64,000 nucleotides of DNA, taken from positions 28,322-92,321 of the IMG/VR virus record IMGVR_UViG_3300037722_000409; one strand, 5' to 3'. The position numbers and the translations under genes are program-made. This document shows positions 20,304 to 29,857 of this stretch, piece after piece (positions within the stretch are counted from its first letter, which is position 1; every line of letters starts with the position of its first letter). Under the pieces are notes generated by a model. It made no database searches. It saw only the letters and a program-made list of their open reading frames with translations, and was not told the origin of the DNA. The stretch is from a virus.

Positions 20304-20690
20304 ATGGGCTACTATACCAAGCACTACATTACCGCTGACCCACCCACGAGTGAGAAGACCGTGACCGTGGCGTCCATAACTGACTCACAGGTGGTCCTGT
20401 CAAAGGAGGATCGCCTCAAGCTGGTCACCGTTACCTACGACCACGCGGCGCAAGCCCTGAGGTACCTGGAGGCGCAGCACGCCGGATACGGTGAGGGCCC
20501 CATAAAGTGGTACGACCATGAGCGTGACATGCGGGCTGTGTCCCAACATATTAGGGACGTGACGTTCTCCCTGGTCGGGTACGGTGAGGAGCACGCGGAC
20601 ATCTGGGTCAAGTACTTCCGCAACGGCAAGATGCAGACAGGTGCAGCCACGGTGACCTTCGTACCATTCAATGAAAAGGAGGCCAGGTAG
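20304..20690 (+). CDS. hypothetical phage protein
   Basis: ORF with AAGGAGG RBS. Confidence 0.6.
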   Translation: MGYYTKHYITADPPTSEKTVTVASITDSQVVLSKEDRLKLVTVTYDHAAQALRYLEAQHAGYGEGPIKWYDHERDMRAVSQHIRDVTFSLVGYGEEHADIWVKYFRNGKMQTGAATVTFVPFNEKEAR

Positions 20691-20961
20691 CCGGTGATCA
20701 GCCACTCCGAGATATCAGCGGCTGAGAGGTGCCCCCGGTGCGCCAAGCCGACCCGCTCCTTCGCGGAGCTGACCACCAACCTGGTGGAGCCGAAGTATGG
20801 TGACTACTACGTGGAGCGGGCCGTGCGGTGGTGCTATCCCTGCGCCTTCGACTGGCGGGCGATGTTCTGGAAGATGCCTGTAGGCAAGTTTGACACGAGG
20901 GGATGAAAAACTGAAAGCACAGCGGACTAGTAACCAGTAATAACGCGAGAGGAGTAGTACC

Positions 20962-21960
20962 ATGAAGATCTTGGCAAGTTTAATTGCGTTGGGGGTGTCT
21001 GCCCTTGCGCTAATCGGCATAGCCAGCGCCGACAGCGTCAAGCTGTTCTCCCTGGTGGGAAGCACTAACAACCTCAACGGATATACCACGGCTGATGGCG
21101 CCACGTTTACCCAAGTATACGGACCTACCATCGCAGTCTACAGCGGAACGTTGTCATGGAGCGCCACCTTGAACGACCCAGCCAAGTTCGTGGTTTCAAA
21201 AGCTGGCGTACCGGTCGCGCCTTCGTCTGGCACGCTGTCAACAACCGCTGCTAGGGTGACTGCTGCAAACGGCAGCATCAACCTTAAGTTCGGCTTGGGC
21301 GACACTCTGGTCCTGAAAGACTTCGGCCCGGTCTACTGCGGCGAAGCTTTCGCCAAGGACAACCCATACGACAACGCCTATGTAGTGAGGTTCTCTCCGG
21401 CCGTAAGCACCCTGGAGATGAACGGCAGACTACTCAAGACTTGTCTCACTTCTCGGACTGGCGAGCCTACTCAGTTCAGCATCGACGGCGGTGGTGGACT
21501 TAATGGTGTCGGGTCCGTGGCTAACCTCACCTTGTATGGTGAGAACGCTCCAGTTATTGAGCCAACCCCCACTCCCGAACCCACTCCCATTGTGGTCGAG
21601 CCTACTCCCATTCCTGACCCGACTCCAACGCCTACGCCAATACCTGAGCCAACCCCGACCCCAGTTGACCAGGAGTTGGCTGACGCGTTAAAGCGGCTAG
21701 ACAAGGTCGAGCAAGTGGTGGAGTACCAGAGCGACCTCCTGGCCCAAGCCAACGACGCTATTCGTAACAACACGACTGGTAATTTTGACTTGAGGCTGGA
21801 CCTGTACTCTTTAGCTGAAGAGCAAGCTGCTATTGACGCAGCTCAAGCCGTAAAAGACGCCGCCCAAGATGAAGAAATTGGCTGGCTGCGCGGCATGGTG
21901 AACAACATCCAGAGCTTCATCGAATCCCTGCCGTTCTTCGGTAAAGATAAGTCCAAATAA
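20962..21960 (+). CDS. secreted protein with Pro-Thr linker and coiled-coil tail
   Basis: Signal peptide (MKILASLIALGVSALALIGIASA) and EPTPTP repeats. Confidence 0.7.
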   Translation: MKILASLIALGVSALALIGIASADSVKLFSLVGSTNNLNGYTTADGATFTQVYGPTIAVYSGTLSWSATLNDPAKFVVSKAGVPVAPSSGTLSTTAARVTAANGSINLKFGLGDTLVLKDFGPVYCGEAFAKDNPYDNAYVVRFSPAVSTLEMNGRLLKTCLTSRTGEPTQFSIDGGGGLNGVGSVANLTLYGENAPVIEPTPTPEPTPIVVEPTPIPDPTPTPTPIPEPTPTPVDQELADALKRLDKVEQVVEYQSDLLAQANDAIRNNTTGNFDLRLDLYSLAEEQAAIDAAQAVKDAAQDEEIGWLRGMVNNIQSFIESLPFFGKDKSK

Positions 21961-23197
21961 ATCAGGACAGCAATGACCCCCAACGTTTAATCTAGCTCGC
22001 CTGCCAATGATTCACCCTTCGGATCGTTGGCAGGCATGGCCAGATTAGGAGGAATGAGATGTCTGACACTTGGATTAAAATAACCCTCATGGTGGGCTTG
22101 GCGTGTGGTGTGGCGCTGTCGGTGTTACAGTCAGCCGACATCAAGCGCTTAGAGTCTCAGCTGGAGGCGGTTACCGACAGCCACGAGTGCCGGACCATCG
22201 TGGCAGTTAGGGATGGCGAACCGGTCGGCGAGATGACCATCTGCGGCTACGACCTACAGTTCGGCATGGAGGCCGCGCCCAAAGAGTACCACGTAGCGCC
22301 TACGGAAGAGGACAAGGGAAAGCTGCTCCAAAAGATAGAGGAGAGTGCTAATGGAGGACTTTAACTCAAAGGACTGGATCGCCGGTTACGTCGCCGACCT
22401 AGCCAGGTACCTGATGGATGCCATCAAGGGCATGGACGAGGAGGCCGCCGCGGTACTCATCAACGACGTCCACACCTACATGCGCAAGGCGCAGGCGACG
22501 CTGAAGGCAGCTAACAGCGCAGACCTCCCTGGGTTCATAGCCGACCTCGAGAACGTGCTGTACCACCTGAAGACCTACGACGGACGACTAGTTTAACTTC
22601 GTGCCAGTTCGCACAGCCACACTGTGCGAACTCGAGTATAATTAAACACGGCGCAATAAGGAGACACCTTAATGGCTACAGTCGACGCGGACCAGGCCGC
22701 CATATTTAACGGAACACCGTGCCCAGACTGTGCAAGCCCCATGCTACTTGTGCACAACCGCCACGGAGTGCACCTATTCTGTCGCAAGTGCTTTCGAACC
22801 TTACTCACGGCGCACGTGCAGCGGTAAGCCCAACTATCCGGCAAAAGGAGGAGCGCCCACAAAATGATGATACCAAAAGCTGACCAGGTAGCTTGTGTCG
22901 ACTGCGACTGGCTAGGAGACTGGCGGTGCGAGGCGTGTGGTGTGGGACTGTGTGGGCGGCATCGGCTACCCCACTACGAGCACAACATTGTAACTGCTGC
23001 ACCCGTAGAAACTATATCGCGAGGTAGGAAGAAGTAATGGAGTACAGCTACGGAGACATTCGCTTCCGCGAGACTGGCGAAATTCGATCACCCCGACGTG
23101 GGGAATGGTATGAAGATGCGGGTTCTCCTTATCTAGCCAAGGTAACATTTAGCCGTTTCGGGTTTAAGATTCTGGCACCTGTAGGAGTAAATAAAGC

Positions 23198-23494
23198 ATG
23201 ACCATCACCGAGGCCCTCAACGAGTTCCGGCACTCTCAAATGGCAAAGTTCATGAGCCACCACAACAAGATGCAAGCGCGAGGTCAGGCTACCTTCAGCG
23301 CCTTGATCGTCGACTCAGCCGACCACATGCAGCTCGACAATATAGTCAAGCACCTTTGGGAGGAGATTAGCGAGCTCGTGGATTCCAACTACAATGACCC
23401 GCTGGAGTGCGTGGACGTGGCAAACCTCGCCTTCATGCTCTGGTGGAAGCTGACCGAGTCGCAGCAGAAGATCGACGCCCTCACAGGAGTATAA
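23198..23494 (+). CDS. MazG-like all-alpha NTP pyrophosphohydrolase-like protein
   Basis: HLWEEISE...ECVDVAN matches EExxE...ExxD. Confidence 0.55.
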   Translation: MTITEALNEFRHSQMAKFMSHHNKMQARGQATFSALIVDSADHMQLDNIVKHLWEEISELVDSNYNDPLECVDVANLAFMLWWKLTESQQKIDALTGV

Positions 23495-24906
23495 TAGCTC
23501 AGGGCAAGCAAGGAGCACCACGAATGAAAATGAAAAACTGTCCCATCGTCACGGACAAGACCATCAATGGTAGGACCACCATCTACCTACATGACAACGC
23601 CAAGCACAGCAAGGTCGTCAGTCACCGCGTGGCCAGCTTGCTGGTGGCTGCGGAGGTCGCGATCTACAGCCCTCAGCCCGAGCCGCCTCAGGGAACCACC
23701 AGGGCGGCGTGGTTCACCCAACTTCGCAAGGGAGGTTAACGTGGCAACACCCAACTCCTCAAACGACCTGTTCATCAAGACCCTAGAGGCCGCGTCTGGC
23801 CTGGTACCTGCCGACGCCAAGAACATCGAGCGGCGCCTCAAGATGCGCGCCACCCTGAACCAGATCTGGGAGGCGTGGATCCGCAAGCCTGAACTGCGCC
23901 TGGGGCAGCTAATTATGGCCGCCACGAGTGACAGGTACGACTCACCTGGTGAGTGCAGCTTGGGCCGTACGTCCGACGAGGTACTGGTCACCCTGGTGCA
24001 GGAGTACACCCAGTGAGGTTCATGCCGGGAGACGCCGTGGTGTCGCCGCTCCTACACCCAAGGTCGGCAGGCATCGTGACTGACGCGTGGGCGACCGAGA
24101 CTGTTGAGGCGTACTCAGTGTCTCTGCCTGACGGCACCAACTACAGTCTCACCGGGGACCACCTTGAGCCCGCGCCAGAGTCCACCACCAGGCTCGTGGA
24201 GCTGAACGGCAAGAGCACCCAACTGTACACCATGCCCAGGACCTGGTCGTACAACATCAAGCGAAGGGGAGAACACAACTGATGGCCACGTTCTACGAGT
24301 GCCGGATCTGCGGCAGCTACCGGATACCCTACGAGGGCGACGACCTGTGCGTCTTCTGCCTCGCGAGCAACGCCGCCGCCAAGCTGCCAGAGACCAAGGA
24401 GCGCGGGGTCGACAGGTTGCTGGGAACCGTGTTCCCTGAAGGGTTACCTGACATAAAGTGAGATACCAATCTCGTAAGGAGGCGTCCATGTACCACAATC
24501 CGATCGACTGCTGCAAGTGCCAGGCGGCAAAGACCACGCAAGCGCTTAGGGACGCCGTTGGGCTCCCAGACGTAGTGTGCGCTGTCACCACCGACCCACC
24601 TAGCTTTGACACTGACTTCATCTCAACCCGCTTGACGGCTACCCTCACGTTTGAGGGCTGGGTCCGCCTCCCTGAGCTGACGGTTGAAGACACCCAGCAA
24701 CTGGACGTCAGGGAGTACGGTCCGACCCTACGGCTTGAGCTCATGGACCAGATGCTCGAGTACCTGGCACGCAACAACTACCTGGATCTCGAGCGCGCTA
24801 AGGACGAGGCCTACGACAGGGGATACACCGCCGGCTTTGAGGCTGGCGACTCCCGCGAGCCCGGCAGCTGAGTATAATATAATTAGTTTAGTAAGGAAGG
24901 AAAGCT

Positions 24907-25482
24907 ATGCTAGCACACGAGATCATGTACGGCCTAAAGCCTGGGACCAAGGTTGTGGTAAAGCACCACAATATTCACACCGAGTCATTTCCACGCCCTG
25001 GCGACGTCGGTACGGTGGTATACGCCATGGATCACGCACACCGTCGCTCTGGCCTGGGTCCCTACCTCTGCCTGGAGACCAAGCCATACAGGTGCAAAAG
25101 TGTCTTCATGATAGGGGCCTACACCTTTGGCAATGTCATCAGCTTTGCCCTGTTACTGGAGCAGTTCGACACGATCCCTGTGCCGCCTGTGAACTTTGGT
25201 GAGTACGCCGTGGTCCCTGAGTCCGAAGAGTACTTTGACGAGTACGAAGATGACGAAGACTTTGAGGAGAGCATCGGCGCCGAGTACAACTACACAGTTA
25301 CAGCCATCGGCTTTCCGCCGCTCGACTACTACGAGGAGAGCACCGGACCCATGACCGCGCCCTCCATGCACGTCGCCGTGGCGCGCATCGTCGACCTCTT
25401 GGGCCTAGATACCGACGCCGTGGTCATCAACCTGGCCGTCAAGCGTGTGAGCGTCCACGTTGAAGAGACCGAGCTGTGCTAG
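24907..25482 (+). CDS. hypothetical protein
   Basis: ORF with RBS and upstream GAGTATAAT. Confidence 0.55.
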   Translation: MLAHEIMYGLKPGTKVVVKHHNIHTESFPRPGDVGTVVYAMDHAHRRSGLGPYLCLETKPYRCKSVFMIGAYTFGNVISFALLLEQFDTIPVPPVNFGEYAVVPESEEYFDEYEDDEDFEESIGAEYNYTVTAIGFPPLDYYEESTGPMTAPSMHVAVARIVDLLGLDTDAVVINLAVKRVSVHVEETELC

Positions 25483-26036
25483 AACGCCTACGCGCTTTTC
25501 TCCGCACCCTACTCACTGAGCCCGAGCTCCTGGAGGAGACCCCGGCTGCGGAGCCTGTCCTGGTCGTCGTGGAGCCGATCCTGCACCTCCAGTTGACCGT
25601 CGTCTACCTGGGCGCCTCCGACACCGTGGGGCCACGCACCGCCTGGACGAGCCTGCGTGTCCTTCAGGACTGGTTCATGCAAGAGTTCAACGTGGCCATC
25701 TACATCGGCCGGGTCAAGAACGACGTTCGCCAGTTCCAGGACTCGTCGCTCAGGTACGTCTTCGAGGAAGGATACACCTACCCCACCCTGTTCCTGGTGT
25801 CAGCCGCCCGGCTGAGCAGCACCAACATCGGGCTGGCTCAGGGTGAGTTTGCCAGCGTGGCCGCCAAGCACGAGCTCTGGGTTGAGGCTGCCAAGCACGA
25901 GCTCGGACACCTGTTGGGCCTGCGTCACAATGAGGTCAGCTTCATGCACCCCCTGATCGAGCAGGGGCACCTGCTGCCGGTCCTGCCTGGGGAGAGGGCC
26001 ACCGTCAGACGCTACGTTGAGAGGTACTGCCGCTAA
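25476..26036 (+). CDS. metzincin-like zinc metallopeptidase
   Basis: HELGHLLGLRH followed by a Met-turn-like FMHP. Confidence 0.75.
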   Translation: MLERLRAFLRTLLTEPELLEETPAAEPVLVVVEPILHLQLTVVYLGASDTVGPRTAWTSLRVLQDWFMQEFNVAIYIGRVKNDVRQFQDSSLRYVFEEGYTYPTLFLVSAARLSSTNIGLAQGEFASVAAKHELWVEAAKHELGHLLGLRHNEVSFMHPLIEQGHLLPVLPGERATVRRYVERYCR

Positions 26037-26766
26037 TGAACGACAATCAGCTCGCCGAACTGATAGCCAACTACCACATCGCTAGGGTCATGGTCGGGGA
26101 CGGCCGGTACGCCCGCCTACGGTGGGCCGCGGCAGGGTTCCACCGTGAGCACCCAGAGGTCACGGAGCTCGAGGCCTACAAGGAGCTCACCGGTTACCTC
26201 GACTTCCTCTCTCGGCCGTTACCCGAGTATAATACCTCAAGGGATGACGGCTTCAACGACAAGGAGGAACATGCGAGTTAAGTGGAACAATGACCGTACC
26301 CAGGAGTGGAGCGGTGAGGTAGTCGGGGTCACCAACGGTGGTGGCGGCAACTACTTTATCATCCTCCTCGACGACGGCAACTTTACCTCCAAGTTTGTTG
26401 AGGACGTGACGCTGGCCGGCACTCGTGTGAAACGTGTAGAAGCGTCTGCACCCCCAAGCAAACCCCGTAAATCGACGCAATGACCAACCTGCTTAAGCAC
26501 ATAGGCCTGCACATCTTAGGGGTTACCTTGGGCGCGGTCTTGCTTGCCACTACCGTGGTTGTACTATGGGGGCTAGGATTGGTATGGAGTATGACTCGAT
26601 GAGCGAGGACATGTGCGCGGAGGACCACCGGCTGATACTCACTGAGGATGGCCTGTCTGGCGAGCTGGTGATCATGTGCGAGGAGTGCGGCTACACGGCG
26701 CGGGAGATCGAGCAGCCACAGATCGTAGGCGTAGACATTAGGACCCTAGCCGCAAATTGAACAGGG

Positions 26767-26795
26767 TTTACCCAGTGCGTCATACTTGATATAAT
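26767..26795 (+). promoter_or_regulatory. sigma70-type promoter, leaderless start of the cargo-polyprotein cluster
   Basis: TTTACC-17-TATAAT, with ATG 6 nt downstream. Confidence 0.7.
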
Positions 26796-26801
26796 GTACC
26801 C

Positions 26802-29672
26802 ATGATAACGCGCCGCAAGGTCACCAACCTCATAAAGTCCTTCACCAACACCGGCGGAGGCTACGCGGAGCCCGGGAGCATCTTCGCTTCCCGGGACTCT
26901 TGCTGTCAGGAGGACTGCCACTGCACCACCAACTACGGCTGCCGGTGCGAGCATGACTGCTCGTGCCCGGACCGCTCGCTGGTAGAGGGTGAGCTCCACG
27001 AGCTGGTCCTGAGTAACGAGTTCCTCGCCAAGCTGCAGGGGTCAGCCGCCGCGGACTGGGAGCGCTACGACAGCGACACCCCACAAGCTGTAGCGGTTCC
27101 GGACAGAGAGCTATACCGCGTCGGTGAGCGCGCCGACTCACGAGACACCCTCATCGGCGACACGCCCCTCAACGATCGTGTCTATAAGGCTGATGGTCCA
27201 CCGCGCCCAGGATTGATACCACAGTCAGGTGACTGGAATAACCCAGACCGTTGGATTCGCCCTGAGGCCGAAGAAGCGGAAGAGCCTGACCTCGCTACCT
27301 GGATAAAGAACCTGCGTACCATGAGCGTCATCGACGTACGAGACACCGTCGGTGACCTCGCCAAGACCGAGGCCGAAGGTGGTAAGCCAGCGTACGTTAA
27401 GGCCATGCGGGACGTCGCGGTAAGCGAGTACCTGGTACGACGGAGTCAACAGTTTGACGAGTTGATCGCCGGCCAACCTGCCTACGAGCTAGACGAAGCT
27501 GAGCGTGTCACCAACGCGGGCATCGCCGCAGCTGAGCGTACCATTGCCAGTGCTAACACCCCCCGAGTTGTCGGTCTAGCCACACTCGACCGTATGGACG
27601 GAAAGAACCGGCTTGACGCCATCGCGGCTGTTCGTAGACGTCTAACTGCAGCAGAAGACGCGACAGTGGCCGCAGCTGTCAAAGCTCGCTTTACACCGCA
27701 GGTGTCTGACGCCCTCCGCCTTAACAAGATCTGGGAGGAGGAGCTCGGGTACTCACCGCGAGACGCTACTAGCGAGCAGCGTGGCGCGGTCAAGATGAAG
27801 CTCATAAAAGACGTCGCTGCTCGGCTTACCACGATGGCTAAGAGCAATCCCGAGTTGGCCGAGGCTCTCGCCAACCCTGCACACAACCTCATGCGTCCCT
27901 TTACTGAAGGTCAACCCACAGCGGACCGAGTGACCGACAAGCTCATCTCTGTCTGGATGGAGTCCTCTAGTGACAGCTACCCCCGCGCCATCGCCTTGCA
28001 GCTCGCGGCCCAAAAGGAGTTTTCAGAGCTCACTACGGGCTCTAGCACCGACCACTTTGAAGGTGACAAGAGCGCGTGGAGGGTGGCAGAGCGTGACCTG
28101 GCTGACAACGAGGTCTTATTCCGATCCTTTCACCGCGCACAGTACGACAACACCCAGGCGTGGCTAGGTAAGAACAACGTTAAGAGTGTCACCCTCTACA
28201 GGGGCTCTTTGCTGTCCGCGAGTAAGGTAAAGGAGATGATACCTGGAACCGCCAGCACGGCAATGGCGGACGTTCAGACTCAGCCGGTGTCAAGCTTCAG
28301 CTACGACCCTCAGGTCGCCTACGACTTCTCAACTGGCCACGTCGATGACAGCCTTGATCACACACCGACCGTGTCGGTATCGCAGGTACCCGCCAACCGC
28401 ATAATATCCACCGCGCTGACGGGGTACGGCTGTCTTACCGAGGGGGAGTTCACCGTGCTGGGAGGTGTAGACCACGGCCTCTTGGTCCAGTCAGACTCCT
28501 TTGGCACCGACGCTTTGGAGGGTCTGTTAAACACCATCGAGCAAGCTCAACACGCACAGGTTGACAAAGCTGGTCCTCCACGTCCGGGCCTCATCCCACA
28601 GAGCGGAGACTGGGAACACCCAGGACACTGGATCCGACCGCCAGAGGCAGGCGCCCCGGTAGAGCCAGAGGTGCCTGAAGAGTACGTGGGACGAGGACGC
28701 GCCGCGATCATAACCGACGCGCGCCGAGCAGGGTTTACACCTGACCCAGCGGAGGCGGTCGCCCTTGAGCGTGCCTGGCACAAGGACCTTGGCTATCGCC
28801 CGATGCACGCTAAGTGGGACGAGCAGGTGGATGTAAAGGTGTCAATAGCCGCCGCTGTATCCTCAGAGCTTAAGGCGCTCATGAGCACCGATCCAGCACT
28901 GACCTTAGCGGTTAACAACTACCACACCCCCACTGGTAAATCTTTAGATGTAGACAACACGGTGCGATACCTAGTAGGAGTCTGGGCTGACTCGTCTGGT
29001 GACCACCACGACATCGCCTTAGCGCTGCAACAGTCGGCTCTTCGAGAGTTTCCAGAACTGACCGACGGGGCAGCCACCGACCACTGGGACCTGGACCCAA
29101 CTCTAAGAGGAGTGGTGCGACGCGAGCTCGCCGAGTCTGGCGCCGTGTATCGTGCCTTTCACCGCGCTCAGTACAACAATACCCAACGGTGGTTCAAGAA
29201 GCACGGGATCACCCACGTCACGCTTTACCGTGGGATGGCCATTCCAAAGGAAACGGCAGAGACAGCCTTAAAAGGAGGCACCTCGGCCATCACTGACCTG
29301 GCCACCCAGCCGGTCTCAAGCTACTCGTACGAGCTAGAGACCGCGCTAGAGTTCGCCACCGACACGTCACGGTCCTCAGGCTTGACCCCCACGCTCAGCG
29401 TATCACGGTTCCCAGTCGAGCGCGTGCTGTCCACAGCCTTGACCGGCTTCGGGTGCTTGACAGAGGGTGAAGTCACAGTACTAGGGGGTATTGACAAGGG
29501 CCTGCTGGTGCAGACCGAAGACCCTGACAGGGGACACGGGGAGGACCCCGGCCTAGACCCTGAGCAGATCGAGAAGCTCATCACCAAGCTTGGGCCGCGT
29601 AAGTTCGAAAAGTCCGTAGCTCTTGATGGCTACCAGGTGCGTATAATACACAAGGAGAGGCGCGACCAGTGA
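26802..29672 (+). CDS. polyvalent protein: two tandem tagged modules, each ending in an R-S-E ADP-ribosyltransferase-like domain
   Basis: VTLYRG...SSFS/SSYS...GCLTEGE occurs twice. Two tags. Confidence 0.75.
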   Translation: MITRRKVTNLIKSFTNTGGGYAEPGSIFASRDSCCQEDCHCTTNYGCRCEHDCSCPDRSLVEGELHELVLSNEFLAKLQGSAAADWERYDSDTPQAVAVPDRELYRVGERADSRDTLIGDTPLNDRVYKADGPPRPGLIPQSGDWNNPDRWIRPEAEEAEEPDLATWIKNLRTMSVIDVRDTVGDLAKTEAEGGKPAYVKAMRDVAVSEYLVRRSQQFDELIAGQPAYELDEAERVTNAGIAAAERTIASANTPRVVGLATLDRMDGKNRLDAIAAVRRRLTAAEDATVAAAVKARFTPQVSDALRLNKIWEEELGYSPRDATSEQRGAVKMKLIKDVAARLTTMAKSNPELAEALANPAHNLMRPFTEGQPTADRVTDKLISVWMESSSDSYPRAIALQLAAQKEFSELTTGSSTDHFEGDKSAWRVAERDLADNEVLFRSFHRAQYDNTQAWLGKNNVKSVTLYRGSLLSASKVKEMIPGTASTAMADVQTQPVSSFSYDPQVAYDFSTGHVDDSLDHTPTVSVSQVPANRIISTALTGYGCLTEGEFTVLGGVDHGLLVQSDSFGTDALEGLLNTIEQAQHAQVDKAGPPRPGLIPQSGDWEHPGHWIRPPEAGAPVEPEVPEEYVGRGRAAIITDARRAGFTPDPAEAVALERAWHKDLGYRPMHAKWDEQVDVKVSIAAAVSSELKALMSTDPALTLAVNNYHTPTGKSLDVDNTVRYLVGVWADSSGDHHDIALALQQSALREFPELTDGAATDHWDLDPTLRGVVRRELAESGAVYRAFHRAQYNNTQRWFKKHGITHVTLYRGMAIPKETAETALKGGTSAITDLATQPVSSYSYELETALEFATDTSRSSGLTPTLSVSRFPVERVLSTALTGFGCLTEGEVTVLGGIDKGLLVQTEDPDRGHGEDPGLDPEQIEKLITKLGPRKFEKSVALDGYQVRIIHKERRDQ

Positions 29673-29857
29673 TAAACCTAGACGCAGACATCCACAACGC
29701 TGACTGGACCAAGAGGACCTGGGACCTACTGGACGTAGAGGACGAGGACGACCTCATGGAGCACCTGTCTGACACCGGCATGTCCTTGGAGCATTTCAAG
29801 ACCCTTCCGGTCTACAAGTTCAACGTCAATAAGATCCCGTGGCTTGCTGAGCTGTGA
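29669..29857 (+). CDS. small acidic protein between polyvalent genes
   Basis: GTGA overlaps at both ends suggest translational coupling. Confidence 0.65.
   Translation: MINLDADIHNADWTKRTWDLLDVEDEDDLMEHLSDTGMSLEHFKTLPVYKFNVNKIPWLAEL

Noticed and set aside
21560-21665. CCNACN tandem repeat as a non-coding repeat
   Set aside because: It encodes the Pro-Thr linker of ORF 20962.
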